From assembly GCF_004765795.1 (NCBI RefSeq), contig NZ_SBIV01000001.1, positions 682,001 to 746,000 of the forward strand: a stretch of DNA of 64,000 nt, written 5' to 3'. The first letter of the stretch is position 1. Every line of letters begins with the position of its first letter. The notes beneath the pieces are model-generated. The model saw only the letters and a list, made by a program, of their open reading frames with translations. It was not told the origin of the DNA and ran no database searches. The DNA is from Halorussus marinus. GTDB lineage: Archaea > Halobacteriota > Halobacteria > Halobacteriales > Haladaptataceae. Positions 20,287-30,473 of this stretch are shown one piece after another. The position numbers and the translations under genes are program-made.

Positions 20287-21207
20287 TCACAGCCACGGTT
20301 CGCGGGTGTCGTCGGCCTCGCCGGGGTAGCCGTAGGAGGGCTCGTCGGACGGCGAGTCGCCCGCGCCGTCGGTCGCGAGCGCGCCGGCGCCACCGCCGGC
20401 CACCCCGGAGTCGTCGGTCGCCCCCGCCGCTTCGGTCTCGGTGACCGTCCCGTCGACGACGTCGTCGGTGTCATCGTCCTCGCTGGCATCGCCCGGGTCG
20501 AACGCGAGCAGCGTGGTGACTCCGAGCACTGCCAGCGGGGCGTTGCCGGGCGCGAGGCCGAGCAGGCTCAGCGGTAGCACGCCCAGCGCGACCGCGCTCC
20601 CGAACCGGAAGCGGTCGATGTCGACCACGCCGCGGAGCCACGGCGAGGTCAACGCGACCAACAGCGCGAACCCGACCCCGGTCGCGGCCGCGCCCGTAGC
20701 CCGGAGGATGAGTCCGTAGTTCACGATCCCCACCTCGAACCCGGACGGTTCGAAGGTCGCGATCATTCCGAGACCGACGATGACGCCGGGTCCGGGCAGA
20801 TACTCTCCGATGCGGGAACTCGCGGTCTTCGCGGCGATCGCCAGCATGACCAGCGCGGCGAAGCGCTTGAACGTCTCGGTGTCGAGCACGCTCTCGATGG
20901 TCGGCGCGAACGCGGCTTCGAGGGCCGCGAGCGCGATGACCCCGACGCCGACCGTCAGGACGATTCCGGCCTGCTCGCGAGGCGTGCCGTCCATCTCGGC
21001 GAGGATGACCGCGACCGTGGCGCTCCCGCCGAAGACGAGGAGCCCGACCTGCAGGACGCCGGTGACGGTGTCGACGCCCCCCGCAAGCACCAGCGCCGGG
21101 AAGATGCCGTCTAACAGCGGGAGACCCATGACGGTGGCGAGCAGTTTCGTCGCGCCACCTACCTGCCGCTCCAGGCGAAGTGCGACCGGGTGCTGTGAAC
21201 TACTCAT
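20287..21207 (-). CDS. conserved haloarchaeal membrane protein (DUF5794-like)
   Basis: MSSSQHPVALRLERQVGG; multiple TM, acidic tail ending REPWL. Confidence 0.88.
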   Translation of the reverse strand: MSSSQHPVALRLERQVGGATKLLATVMGLPLLDGIFPALVLAGGVDTVTGVLQVGLLVFGGSATVAVILAEMDGTPREQAGIVLTVGVGVIALAALEAAFAPTIESVLDTETFKRFAALVMLAIAAKTASSRIGEYLPGPGVIVGLGMIATFEPSGFEVGIVNYGLILRATGAAATGVGFALLVALTSPWLRGVVDIDRFRFGSAVALGVLPLSLLGLAPGNAPLAVLGVTTLLAFDPGDASEDDDTDDVVDGTVTETEAAGATDDSGVAGGGAGALATDGAGDSPSDEPSYGYPGEADDTREPWL

Positions 21208-21669
21208 GACCCGCTAGCTGGGGTGGCCGTAACCATCGGCCGAGTGGTGGTCGCGGTATCTGGGGCGGAGGTCTCGGGCGTCAGTCCGCCGTCGTCCCGC
21301 GAGAAGGTTCCCTACCAGTGTAAAAATCGACGTGCATGTCCATTTAAATGGAGCGCCGGAGTCGGAACTCGTCTGACCGGCAATGCACGGTGCAGTGGGA
21401 CTGGCAGAGTCCATACCTCTACCGAATCGCGTTTTGAGCATAAAAGTTGCGTGAGAGTGAACCTCAGGCGAAACAATACTGTAGATTTACCCCCGATCTA
21501 ATTGAACAATCGAAGTTCCGACCGCATTTATTTCTACGATAATTACTTAGAGTAGAAGTACCCCATGTTTTTCAAAGTCAATCCATATTCATGTACAATC
21601 TCGGAGTGAGAACCCGCCGAAGGGACAGCATCTCGCAACGTTTTTGAGTCGGGGGTGCGTTCGGCTTAT

Positions 21670-23163
21670 ATGGCGAGAGATTCTCACCCCGAAGGGCAGT
21701 ACACCGACAAGCTGCGCGTCCCCGAGGCACTGACGTTCGACGACGTGTTACTCCGACCGAAAGAGAGCCGCGTCGAACCTGACGACGCCGACGTGAGCAC
21801 GAAGGTCTCGACGAACGTCGAGCTCGAAGTGCCGGTCCTCTCGGCGGCGATGGACACGGTGACCCGGAGCGAACTCGCGATCGCGATGGCCCGCCACGGC
21901 GGACTCGGCGTGCTCCACCGGAACATGGACGTCGACGAGGTCGTCGCCGAAGTCGAGCGCGTCAAGCGCGCCGACGAGCTCATCATCCGCGACGTCGTGA
22001 CCGCCAGCCCCGACCAGACCGTCCGGGCGGTCGATCGGATGATGGAGTCCGAGGGTGTCTCCGGCGCCCCCGTCGTCGACGAGGACGACGAGGTGCTGGG
22101 GATCATCTCCGGGACGGACATCCGCCCGTATCTGGAGGTCGGCGAGTCCGACGAGGTCCGCGAGGCGATGACCGACGAGGTCATCACCGCCGGCGAGGAC
22201 GTGACCGCCCGCGAGGCGCTCGAACTGATGTACGAACACAAGATCGAGCGCGTCCCGGTCGTCGACGAGGAAAACCGACTGCTCGGGCTGGTCACGATGC
22301 AGGGCATCCTCCAGCGCCGGGAGTACGGCAACGCCGCCCGCGACGAGACGGGTCGGCTCCGGTGTGGCGTCGCCGTCGGCCCGTTCGAGACCGACCGCGC
22401 GGTCGCGGTCGACGAGGCCGACGCCGACGTGCTGTTCATCGACTGTGCGCACGCGCACAACCGCAACGTCATCGACGGCGCCCGCGAGATCAAAGCCGAG
22501 GTCGAGGCCGACGTGGTCGTCGGCAACATCGGCACCCGCGAGGCCGCCGAGGAGATCGTCGACTTCGCCGACGGGCTCAAGGTCGGGATCGGCCCGGGCT
22601 CGATCTGCACGACCCGAGTCGTCTCGGGCGCGGGGATGCCCCAGATCACCGCGGTCGCCGAGGTCGCGGACGTCGCCGCCGGCCGCGACGTGCCGGTGAT
22701 CGCCGACGGCGGCATCCGGTACTCCGGGGACGCGATCAAGGCGATCGCCGCCGGCGCCGACGCGGTCATGCTCGGCTCGTACTTCGCGGGCACCGACGAG
22801 GCGCCGGGGCGAGTCATCACCATCGACGGTAAAAAGTACAAGCAGTACAGGGGCATGGGGTCGGTCGGCGCGATGGCGTCGGGCGACGGCGACCGCTATC
22901 TCAAAGACGAGCCCGAGGACGACGACGAGTACGTCCCCGAGGGCGTCGAGGCCGCAAAGCCCTACAAGGGGAGTCTGGAGAGCGAACTCCACCAACTCGT
23001 CGGCGGGATGCAGTCCGGGATGGGCTACGTCGGCGCGGCGACGATCCCGGAGTTCAAAGAGCGCTCGGAGTTCGTTCGCGTCTCGGCGGCCGGCCAACAG
23101 GAGAGCCACCCCCACGACGTGATGATCACCGACGAGGCGCCCAACTACAGCCCGGGCGAGTGA
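21670..23163 (+). CDS. guaB: IMP dehydrogenase
   Basis: LTFDDVLL, SAAMDTVT, CBS pair, GIGPGSICTTR, YRGMGS. Confidence 0.98.
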   Translation: MARDSHPEGQYTDKLRVPEALTFDDVLLRPKESRVEPDDADVSTKVSTNVELEVPVLSAAMDTVTRSELAIAMARHGGLGVLHRNMDVDEVVAEVERVKRADELIIRDVVTASPDQTVRAVDRMMESEGVSGAPVVDEDDEVLGIISGTDIRPYLEVGESDEVREAMTDEVITAGEDVTAREALELMYEHKIERVPVVDEENRLLGLVTMQGILQRREYGNAARDETGRLRCGVAVGPFETDRAVAVDEADADVLFIDCAHAHNRNVIDGAREIKAEVEADVVVGNIGTREAAEEIVDFADGLKVGIGPGSICTTRVVSGAGMPQITAVAEVADVAAGRDVPVIADGGIRYSGDAIKAIAAGADAVMLGSYFAGTDEAPGRVITIDGKKYKQYRGMGSVGAMASGDGDRYLKDEPEDDDEYVPEGVEAAKPYKGSLESELHQLVGGMQSGMGYVGAATIPEFKERSEFVRVSAAGQQESHPHDVMITDEAPNYSPGE

Positions 23164-23251
23164 GCGCCCCCCGAGGCGAGGCGATCTGAGAGCGCGGCTG
23201 GCCCCCGTCGAGTAGAGAAGCGTTTTCGGCGTCGGACCCCTCGGTTCGTCC

Positions 23252-23692
23252 GTGATCCTCATCGTCTGCGGGCCGCCGGGCGCGGGCAAGACCACGATCG
23301 CGACCGGACTGTTCGACCGACTCGACGACGGCGACTTCGAACTGGTCCACTCCGAGGACTTCTCGCGGAACACCTACGATCGGCTGTACGATCGGGTGAG
23401 CGCCCATCAGAGCGCCGACTGGCTCCTCGACGGCACCTTCTACGACCGGGCGACACGCGAGCGGTTCCGAACCCTCCCCGACGCCCATCTGGTATCGGTC
23501 GCGGCGAGTCTGGAGACTTGCCTGAAGCGAAACCGAAACCGCGAGGACTCGATCGATCGCTGGGGCGTCCACGCGATGCATGCCGACTTCGAGGTGCCCC
23601 GCGACCCGGATCTGACACTCGACACCGAGCGACGGTCGGTCGAGGACGCGATCGACGCGCTGGCGCGGTACGTCCGGCGGACCCGGTCGTGA
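23252..23692 (+). CDS. small P-loop kinase (AAA_33-like)
   Basis: CGPPGAGKTT, LLDGTF, CLKRN. Confidence 0.85.
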   Translation: MILIVCGPPGAGKTTIATGLFDRLDDGDFELVHSEDFSRNTYDRLYDRVSAHQSADWLLDGTFYDRATRERFRTLPDAHLVSVAASLETCLKRNRNREDSIDRWGVHAMHADFEVPRDPDLTLDTERRSVEDAIDALARYVRRTRS

Positions 23693-23770
23693 GACCGACC
23701 GCACCCGTCGGTCGAAACACTCTCCGCCGTACGATAATTTAAGTATGCTTAGTCCTAAGACCGTCGACAG

Positions 23771-25435
23771 ATGGCGATTTCGAATATCTCGGGGCCCCTT
23801 CTCGTCTACGCGCTCGCGTTCGGAACTGCCGCGGTAGCGTGCGGGGTGAGCGTCCTGCGCGCCCGCAAGGTCGAAGACCCCGAGACGAGGCGAGGGCTCA
23901 CCTGGCTGTTCGCCACTACCGGCGGCTGGGCGGCGTTTCAGGTCGGAACTCTCGTCGCGCCGACGCCGGACCTGATGTATCTCTCCTATCTCCTGAGCCT
24001 CACCGTCGGTCTCGCGACGGTCGGGGGATGGCTGTACTTCTGTTCGGCGTACACCGACCGGATGTTCCACCGCAAGTCCGCGTACCGACGCGGCGCGCTC
24101 GCGGCGTATCTCTCGATCGTGGCGGTGAAAGCGACCAACCCGATCCACCAACTCTACTTCACTACCGAAGTCGTCGACGCTCCGTTCACCCACCTCGCGG
24201 TGTCTCACGGCACTCTCCACTGGATCGTCTCCGGACTGTCGTACGCGCTGGTCGCGGTCGGGTTCTTCATGCTGCTGGAGATGTTCCTCGAAGTCGACTA
24301 CGGCACCCGAGGGCTCGGCGGGGTGGCGGCCCTCACCGGCCTCCCGGTCGTCTTCGACGTCGTCGGGGCCGCGACGCCGATCCTCCTCGACATCAACTAC
24401 GAGCCGATCGGCGTCGCGGTGTTCGCGATCGGCGTGCTCTACCTCTTCGAGGAGCGATTCCTCGCGATCCAGCTCACCGACGGTGTCGACGACGCGGTCG
24501 TCTATCTCGACACCGACGGCCACATCCGGGACTTCAACGGGTCCGCCCTCGAAATATTCCCGGAGCTGTCCGACCACCGCGAGGACCCGATCTCGACCGC
24601 GCTTCCGGGGGTCTCGGCGGTGCTCGGCGACGAGGAGCCGATTCTCGAATGCGACAGCGAGGACGGAACCCGGTACTACCTCGTCAGCGACACCGCCTTC
24701 TCGCTCGGGCAGGCCGACATCGGCCAGCTCGTCGTGTTCACCGACGTGACCGAGACCGAGCGCCAGCGCCGGGAGCTCGACCGCCAGAACGAACAGCTCG
24801 AGGGCTTTGCGGCCGCGATCAGACACGAACTGCTCAACACCCTCCAGATCGTCGCGGGACAGGTGTCGATCGCGGGCCGGTCGCTCGACGACGGCGACGT
24901 CTCGGCCGCCCGCGAGTCGCTCCGGTCGGCGTCGTCGGCCGGCGACCGGATGGAGAACATCGTCGAGGACCTCTCGGCGCTCGCGAGACACGGTCAGACG
25001 GTCGAGCGCACCCAGTGGGTCGATCTCGACGCGGCGGTCTCGACCGCGTGGAACCGCGTCGAGGCCGAGGACCTCTCGCTGTCGGTCGACGGAGAGGGCG
25101 AGATCGAGGCCGACGCCGGCCGACTGGCGGCGCTGTTGCGAAACGCGTTCACTTTCGCGGCGCACAACGACGCCGACGAGGTGACGGTCTCGCTCCGCGA
25201 GGACGGGTTCGCCGTCACCGACGACGGCGACCCGCCCGGCGACGCCACCGCCGAGGAGTTCATGGAGTACGGCGGCGCGGTCCCCGACTCGGAGGCCGGG
25301 ATGACCCTGCCGAATCTGAAGACGATCGCGCGGGTCCACGGTTGGAACTCGACGATCGACACCGACTACACCGACGGGGTCCGGATCGTGATCTCGGACG
25401 CCTCCGTGTCGCAGGCCGCCCCGCAGGCGGCCTGA
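23771..25435 (+). CDS. 7TM (HisKA_7TM-type) histidine kinase-like protein with degenerate ATP-binding boxes
   Basis: 7 TM, PAS-like region, IRHELLNTL; TTTAAGTA TATA at 23738. Confidence 0.88.
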   Translation: MAISNISGPLLVYALAFGTAAVACGVSVLRARKVEDPETRRGLTWLFATTGGWAAFQVGTLVAPTPDLMYLSYLLSLTVGLATVGGWLYFCSAYTDRMFHRKSAYRRGALAAYLSIVAVKATNPIHQLYFTTEVVDAPFTHLAVSHGTLHWIVSGLSYALVAVGFFMLLEMFLEVDYGTRGLGGVAALTGLPVVFDVVGAATPILLDINYEPIGVAVFAIGVLYLFEERFLAIQLTDGVDDAVVYLDTDGHIRDFNGSALEIFPELSDHREDPISTALPGVSAVLGDEEPILECDSEDGTRYYLVSDTAFSLGQADIGQLVVFTDVTETERQRRELDRQNEQLEGFAAAIRHELLNTLQIVAGQVSIAGRSLDDGDVSAARESLRSASSAGDRMENIVEDLSALARHGQTVERTQWVDLDAAVSTAWNRVEAEDLSLSVDGEGEIEADAGRLAALLRNAFTFAAHNDADEVTVSLREDGFAVTDDGDPPGDATAEEFMEYGGAVPDSEAGMTLPNLKTIARVHGWNSTIDTDYTDGVRIVISDASVSQAAPQAA

Positions 25436-25458
25436 CCCGCGGACGGGGCCGCGGCGAG

Positions 25459-25665
25459 TCACTCCGTCTCGGATCCGGCGCTCACCGGCGGCGATACGTG
25501 CTCGCCCAACTCCGCCATCACTTTCGCCTCCGCGCGGGTCAGGTGTTCCCACGCGGTCGTCGGCGCGATTCCCACGTCGTCGGCGATGTTCTCGATGGTG
25601 GTCTCGCGTTTGTGCTGGTAGTAGCCCGACCCGATGGCGGTCGCAAGCACCTCGCGCTGGCGGTA
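25459..25665 (-). pseudogene. C-terminal fragment of Bat-type (HTH_10) transcription factor
   Basis: RQREVLATAIGSGYYQHKRETTIENIADDVGIAPTTAWEHLTRAEAKV; in-frame stop a short distance upstream and no N-terminal domain. Confidence 0.75.
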
Positions 25666-25969
25666 TTTGAAACCCGGCGTCGAACTGTTCGGCGTCCGCG
25701 ATAGCCTTGGTGGTTGCTCGGTCTCTCGTCAGGTACGACGTTCCGGGTCCCTCGACGCGACGGCCGTCATCCGCCTGTCCAACTGCTCGGGCGATGAAAG
25801 GCCGGCTGTTGTGTAGGTGATCGGTCCTGGTGATTTCAGTCGTGGGTAGCTCCGTTCACGACGAGAAGATTTGTCGGAGACAGCCTACCTTCACTCCCCG
25901 ACACACTGTGTCAGGAGTTCGGCCGCTTCCGTCGATTTCTTACTACGGGGATCGAGAAATAGGAGTCAA

Positions 25970-28900
25970 ATGGTAGCGGATGCGGCCGATCTCGACGATG
26001 TTCTCGATCGGGTTGCACAGCGGATCGAATTTCTCGACCTGCTCTCTGACGGCGAATGGATGACGAACGAGATCGTCGAGGAACTTCCCCATTCGCGGTC
26101 GACAGTATCGCGAGCCCTTCGTCAGTTGCAGGAGACGGATCTGATAGAGAAACGAGCGAACGGCTACACCGTTACCCAACACGGTGGGCTCCTGACCGAG
26201 CAGTACCGGGACTACGAGTCTGAAGCGCGATCGATACTCGGTGCCCGGCATCTGCTCGAATCGCTTCCGGACGAGGAGGTGGTCGCCAGAGAGTTCGTTG
26301 CGAACGCCCGAACGATCGGGTCTGGGGAGTCGCCGCCGTTTCGACCACTCGAAGTCATCTCGAACCAGATGACTACCGCCCAACGCGTCCACGCCTATCT
26401 CCCGACGCTCTCGGGCACGCACTTTCTCCGCGTCTTCCGGCGTCTCGTAGTAGAGGAACGCGGATCACTCAACCTGTTTGTCTCGCCCGAACTCGGCGAG
26501 TCGTTGGGATCGCACTATCCCGGAATACTCGGCGAACTTGCCAACGAGGGAGACTTCCAAGTACAGTTCGTCGACGGCCCTTCTTACGGGATCGTCGTTT
26601 CCACGGCTGCAGAAAAGCGCGAAGCCACCGTTACCGTGTATTCCGAGGCGGGCGCGATGCAGGGTGGTCTAGCAACGGAGGACGACTCGGGCGTCGAGTG
26701 GGCGCTCGAACGAGTTCGGGAGCTTGAATCCGCTGCTACTGACCGAACAGAGGATTTCGAAGCGAGTTCGACGAGCGAGGAGTCGCGTCTGTCGCCGTTA
26801 GCGGACGAGTCCCCGCACACGGGAGCGACGTCGAGGACGTTCCCTCTCGAGCTTCGCGAGGGGGGCTTCGAGTTACTCTCGGAGGCCGACTTCGAATCGG
26901 ACGGACTTCCCCCAGACACCGCACTTCGGGTCGGTCTCTCCTTTGGGGAGATAGACGAAGGGCTGGCCGTCGATCGGACGATCGAGGCCGACGACGGCGA
27001 AGAACGCTCTCTGACGAGCGCGCTCGTCGATCAGTTACGCGAAGGAACGGATACCGTCCTCCTCGGGCCACCGGGTTCGGGGAAGAGCACCGTGTGCAAG
27101 ATGGTCGCTCACGAGTGGTACGCCCGTGACCGTGGCCCAGTCGTGTATCGAGAAGCCGACCACGGTCGATCCTTCGAGTCGGTCGCCGTACTCGAAGATT
27201 ATCTACAGCGTTCCGACGGCCACACGTTGGTGGTCGTCGAGGACGCGCTCCGTCTGGAGTCCCGTCGGATTCTCTCCGTCGTCGAGACGTTCAAAAACGA
27301 CGGAGACGTAACGTTCCTGCTCGACTCCCGACAGCGAGAGTGGGACGATCCAACAGAGCCGCTCAGAGACGCGCGATTGAACTCCGTCCGTCGGCAGGTG
27401 CTCTCGCAGGTGTCGATGCCCGAACTCACGGAGAGTGAAGCCCAGAGCCTCGTCGATACGGCTGCCCAGGCGACCGACGGAACGATGGACTTGGACGGCA
27501 GGGCGATCGTACGACGCGTCCACGACGCCAACCGTACGGACGATGAGGTAACGCCGGGGGAGATGTTTCTGGCGCAGCAGTTCTTGGTGACCAGACTCGA
27601 CTCGATGGCGCCGTACGAGACGTCGACGGCAACCACTTTCGAAGAAGACGTGCTGTACTGGTACGACCGGTTCGTCAACGCCGAGTCGGACTGCCTCGGC
27701 GATCTCGCTCTTCTCGTTAACATCTTCAACGCGGCAGGCCTTCCCATCGCGCCGGAACTCCTCTACAGTCTGTCGGTCCACTACGATACGGAGGCAGTTT
27801 CACGAGGTCTCGAAAAGCTAGAGGGGACGCTCCTGTTCGAATCGACGAACAGGCGGTTCGGGCTCGAATATCGGACGAACAGCGAGATCTGGTCTGCCCG
27901 CTTTCTCGAACAGTTCGTCCGTTCGGATCCCGACCCATCCGCTCGATTCGAACGATGCATCCAGCCGGTCGTATCGCTCGTGGACGAGCGAGAACGCCGA
28001 GACCGTGTTTCGAAGCACCTCGACCACAGCGCCCCGCATCTCAGCCAAATTAAATACCATCCCGGAACGTGGAGTGAGGAGTTCCTCACGCGTCTCTTCC
28101 AGGTCGGGCTGACCCACTACCAGCTCGCTCCGATGTTCGGCACCAGTACTGATGCCGAACTGGAACTCCCGTCAGAGTGCTCCGACGTGATGGCCGCTCG
28201 AATATCGAGTTGGCGGGCCCGGATGTATCGCGTTCACGGGATGTACGACGAGGCGCTCGCAGAATACGAGATGCTCGAAAGGCGCCTGGATTCGCTGACC
28301 GAACTCCGGTCGAACGAAGTCAAGCGACTGCGGTGTGACTGCTTATCCGGGAGGGCATCGGTCCGGAGCGATCAGGGAAAACTGGACGAAGCCGCTGAAT
28401 TCGCTGAAGAAGCTATCCGCGCCGTAGAGCGAGGCGGACTCGACGACCGGGAACCATCTGCTCGACTGGACTACGCCCATATTGCGTACAAACGGGCTGA
28501 TTTCGATGCGGCGCTGGATCGGTACGAGACCTGTATCGAAGCGGCGGAACGCGTCGGAGACAAAAGGGCACGCGCGCGTGCTTTGACTGCATCCGGGGCG
28601 ATTCTCTCGGAACGCGGGAAGTACGATCGGGCAAACCAACGATACAAACAGGCGCTCGGCCTCTCCCGCGAAATCAACGACCGTCGAAACGAGGCCAATA
28701 CACTGGGAAATATGGGTGTAATGGCTCGAGACAGAAACGAACTCGAGCGAGCGCTCGATCGGTTCAGGGAGAAGCTACGGTTGGCCAGAGAGGTAGGGGA
28801 ACGACACACCGAAGCCAACGCACTGTGGAACATCGCGAGTGTCGAATCCGAGCGCGGAAATCTCGAAACGGCGGTCGACCACGCGGCGAAGGCCCTCGAG

Positions 28901-29470
28901 CTGAGTCGAGAGGTAGATGTTCGACGGGTCGTCACCGAATCGCTCCATCTATTCGGAGAGATCGAGCGCCAGCGCGGGAATCTGGAGCAAAGCCGCCAGT
29001 ACGCCGAGGACAGTCTGGACGCGTTCGAAGCAAGCGGTTACAAATACGGGGTGGCGGCTGCCTATCGAAACCTTGCCCGCGTCGAACTGGCGGCAGAGCA
29101 CCACCACGCCGCACAGGAGCATGTCGAAGCGGCACGAACGTTGGCCGAAGAGATGGAAACAGAGGCCGGCCTCGCCGCCTGTGACGAGATCGAAGCACGG
29201 ATCGCCTATCAAGAGGGACGACTCGAAACCGCGGCGGAACTCGCACAGGCGGGGCTGGAAACCTATCGTTCGACCGGTCGCAAGAAGGGCGCCGCTGAGA
29301 CGCTCCGTGTCCTGTCGCTCGTAGCATTCGCACGAGGCGACTCGGACCGCGGTCGGTCGCGCCTCGACGAGGCGGCGGAACTCGCTCGCGAAGCCGGGGT
29401 CCAGCGTACGATCGATCGGGTCGAACGAACCCGTTCCCGGTACCGCACTGCGAAAAAAGAACAAATTTAG
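25970..29470 (+). CDS. wHTH + sensor domain + P-loop (STAND-like) NTPase + TPR array protein
   Basis: AGGAG RBS before ATG; SRSTVSRALRQL HTH; GPPGSGKS at 27065-27088; LVVVED Walker B; about 9-10 TPR-like repeats. Confidence 0.9.
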   Translation: MVADAADLDDVLDRVAQRIEFLDLLSDGEWMTNEIVEELPHSRSTVSRALRQLQETDLIEKRANGYTVTQHGGLLTEQYRDYESEARSILGARHLLESLPDEEVVAREFVANARTIGSGESPPFRPLEVISNQMTTAQRVHAYLPTLSGTHFLRVFRRLVVEERGSLNLFVSPELGESLGSHYPGILGELANEGDFQVQFVDGPSYGIVVSTAAEKREATVTVYSEAGAMQGGLATEDDSGVEWALERVRELESAATDRTEDFEASSTSEESRLSPLADESPHTGATSRTFPLELREGGFELLSEADFESDGLPPDTALRVGLSFGEIDEGLAVDRTIEADDGEERSLTSALVDQLREGTDTVLLGPPGSGKSTVCKMVAHEWYARDRGPVVYREADHGRSFESVAVLEDYLQRSDGHTLVVVEDALRLESRRILSVVETFKNDGDVTFLLDSRQREWDDPTEPLRDARLNSVRRQVLSQVSMPELTESEAQSLVDTAAQATDGTMDLDGRAIVRRVHDANRTDDEVTPGEMFLAQQFLVTRLDSMAPYETSTATTFEEDVLYWYDRFVNAESDCLGDLALLVNIFNAAGLPIAPELLYSLSVHYDTEAVSRGLEKLEGTLLFESTNRRFGLEYRTNSEIWSARFLEQFVRSDPDPSARFERCIQPVVSLVDERERRDRVSKHLDHSAPHLSQIKYHPGTWSEEFLTRLFQVGLTHYQLAPMFGTSTDAELELPSECSDVMAARISSWRARMYRVHGMYDEALAEYEMLERRLDSLTELRSNEVKRLRCDCLSGRASVRSDQGKLDEAAEFAEEAIRAVERGGLDDREPSARLDYAHIAYKRADFDAALDRYETCIEAAERVGDKRARARALTASGAILSERGKYDRANQRYKQALGLSREINDRRNEANTLGNMGVMARDRNELERALDRFREKLRLAREVGERHTEANALWNIASVESERGNLETAVDHAAKALELSREVDVRRVVTESLHLFGEIERQRGNLEQSRQYAEDSLDAFEASGYKYGVAAAYRNLARVELAAEHHHAAQEHVEAARTLAEEMETEAGLAACDEIEARIAYQEGRLETAAELAQAGLETYRSTGRKKGAAETLRVLSLVAFARGDSDRGRSRLDEAAELAREAGVQRTIDRVERTRSRYRTAKKEQI

Positions 29471-29477
29471 CCCGTTA

Positions 29478-30473
29478 CTACGCGGAGAACTCCGCCGGGA
29501 CGTAGGTGGTAGTGTTGAATCCGCCCAGATCGAGGAGCCCGCCGTCGTAGGTGGCGGTCACGGTGAACTCGAACGTCTCACCGGTGTCGTCCTCGACGAC
29601 GAGCGGGACGTCGACGTCGTCCCCATCGGCGTATCCATCGGGGAACTCGCCCATCGAGCGGACGGATTCGGGCCACGCGTCACGCTCGCCGCCGGTCGTC
29701 TTGAACTTCAGATGCTTGTAGGTCGGCACGTACGGAACCACCTCGACGGAGCCGCCGGCGGGCACCAGAACGGGTTCGTTCGGCTCGTCGAGACTCCTGC
29801 GTTTTTCGGCCGTGACTGCCTGCGGGACACCGTCCGTGAGAAACACGGTCGTCCCGTCGTAATTGTAGCGCCACGAGCCGAGGATCAGCGGGGCGTCGCC
29901 CGTGTTCTCGATGGTGACGAGCGCGGTGCCGAACTCGTCGGTGTACTCCTTGGCGACCTCCGCAGTGGCCTCGCGGTCGTTCTTCATGGCTCGCGTGCGG
30001 AGCCGGGAAACCTCTGGCTGGGCGGAGAACGACGCGGTTGTCGAGTCGATCTCGTTGTCTTCCTCGTCGACGGCGACCAACTCGAATTCGTCCCCGTGTA
30101 GTGTCCGGTCGGCCGTCCAGACAGCCGCCTCAGAGACGCCCGTCGAAAATTCTGCGCTACCGACCTGCTCTCCGCTCTGGATAGCGTTGATCCTCGCGAC
30201 CGAACTATCGGAGACGGAGACCTTCAGCTCACGGCCGTCGAACGCGAGTTCCTCGAAGACGCTTCCAGACGGGGTATCGGGCGAGTCTTCGACAGTTTCC
30301 TCGTCTTCTCGGTCGTCCGACGAGGCGGTGTCCGGTTCCGTCTGATTACTACCGGTGCATCCGGCCAGACCGACAGTGAGACCAGCCGTCGCTGTGAGCA
30401 CTCTACGCCGGCTCAGATTTGGAGAGGCGGTTCCATGTTCGCTCCCGGAATCGGCGGTAGATTCTCTTTGCAT
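29478..30473 (-). CDS. Tat lipoprotein of unknown function
   Basis: SRRRVL...LAGC; beta-rich acidic body. Confidence 0.82.
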   Translation of the reverse strand: MQRESTADSGSEHGTASPNLSRRRVLTATAGLTVGLAGCTGSNQTEPDTASSDDREDEETVEDSPDTPSGSVFEELAFDGRELKVSVSDSSVARINAIQSGEQVGSAEFSTGVSEAAVWTADRTLHGDEFELVAVDEEDNEIDSTTASFSAQPEVSRLRTRAMKNDREATAEVAKEYTDEFGTALVTIENTGDAPLILGSWRYNYDGTTVFLTDGVPQAVTAEKRRSLDEPNEPVLVPAGGSVEVVPYVPTYKHLKFKTTGGERDAWPESVRSMGEFPDGYADGDDVDVPLVVEDDTGETFEFTVTATYDGGLLDLGGFNTTTYVPAEFSA

